This document shows positions 62,982 through 64,000 of a stretch of DNA of 64,000 nucleotides, piece by piece. The notes below the pieces were generated by a model that had not been told where the DNA came from, did not search any database, and worked only from the letters and a program-made list of their open reading frames with translations. The translations under genes and the position numbers were made by a program. The stretch lies in the NCBI GenBank assembly GCA_004022145.1, contig RCNU01000005.1. One strand, given 5' to 3'. The stretch comes from Paecilomyces variotii. Its lineage: Eukaryota. The stretch's first letter is position 1. Each line of letters starts with the position of its first letter.

Positions 62982-64000
62982 CCGATAGATTTTGATACCA
63001 ATGACGCCTTTAGATGAAAATAATGCATTCATGAGAGATATATATATATATACTCGAACCGTTTCGCGAGTATTGACTAATGAAACCCGCAGACTCATCT
63101 GTTATCCCCCGTCTTGGTAGGCTACCAATCAAGTGAAAGGTTCCATTTAATACGTTTAAAGACATACATATATCTCAAGACGGACATATCAAGTAAGCCG
63201 CCAGAATTAATATTATTTCATGTTTCCCTTGATACCCCAAGGCAAGTCTGCTATTACGAATCTAATGTACACTGAAATATGCAATATTGCGCAAAGCCGG
63301 ATACCACGACTGATAGCAAATGCTCCGTGTATACTTCTCAAACAGAAAGATCCTCGAAAACCCAATGTAGAATTACCGCGATAATGGGTATATATCAAAA
63401 TAGTGTACTGTATAGGGGTAAACTTTAAAGTATCAATCGTCGTGGGGTGGATGATAGGGATATTAACAGAGGAACTGGAAAATAGGCTGTTGTCAATCTT
63501 AGGAAAATAGTGGGGGGCAAAATTGTTTATTAGAGCATAATACAAAAGGTAACACCGACAGCCATGCAGCAACAAAAGCTAGGTATCACATGTCGATAGG
63601 GATGTGAGAAATGTAAATCAAAGATACAGGAATTAGAAAGGTGTATAGATAGACGCCAAGTTCGCACGAGGAAATGCGAGAAAAATATCATAATGTAATG
63701 GTATCCGCTTTCGAAACACAACTGCATGGAAGAATGAAGGGTAATATTACATGGAAACATGAAGGGCTTGACAAGGTCAGAAGCGCACAGGCGACCGGTC
63801 ATACCAATGACTTCTGAAACATGCATAACTAGCCGCGCGGGGATTGGAAGTCAATCAAGACTCCTATCTCCACAGGTGGGTTTTCATCATGATACTTCGA
63901 TTTATCATTGGCCACCTGAATAGTAGAAGGCTAAGGAGGGTGAAATCCTCGCTGCAGCCTCAAAATGCACGAGGAAAGGATCTGGCGGGGATCTCGGATC

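Overview
This is eukaryotic, intron-containing DNA from a filamentous ascomycete. The GT-AG introns with CTRAY branch points and the gene set suggest Eurotiales (Talaromyces/Aspergillus-like), which is an inference. About 24 protein genes are recognisable: TYR1, RPS14, AAR2, RPS16, mitochondrial uL13, uricase, TORC2 Rictor, a CrgA-type RING/LON protein, a divergent dynamin-like GTPase, RER1, enoyl-CoA hydratase, a small LEA-like protein, catalase, a WGW-motif hypothetical protein, PAF1, ARP8, ARL1, a Zn-ADH, betaine-lipid synthase BTA1, a kinase-like protein, a Yip1-family protein, a RanBD protein, an MFS transporter and HRQ1. There are two gene-poor accessory patches with decayed genes (~27.8-30 kb and ~49.8-52 kb). 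Four observations stand out. (1) The CrgA-like gene ends in a CaaX box whose stop sits in the readthrough context UGA-CUAG. It is followed in frame by a 125-codon, ATG-free extension with two hydrophobic segments and a long-range RNA stem starting 6 nt after the stop, which suggests a programmed switch from a prenyl anchor to a transmembrane anchor. (2) An unannotated ~210-nt, highly structured element at ~25.67-25.90 kb has Pol III A/B boxes, a 30-bp hairpin and a T-run terminator. (3) A snR13/SNORD15-type box C/D snoRNA lies in the long first intron of TYR1. (4) A possible in-frame retained intron would add a TM segment to the RanBD protein. Gene names come from recognising motifs; no database searches were run, and exon boundaries were inferred by eye.
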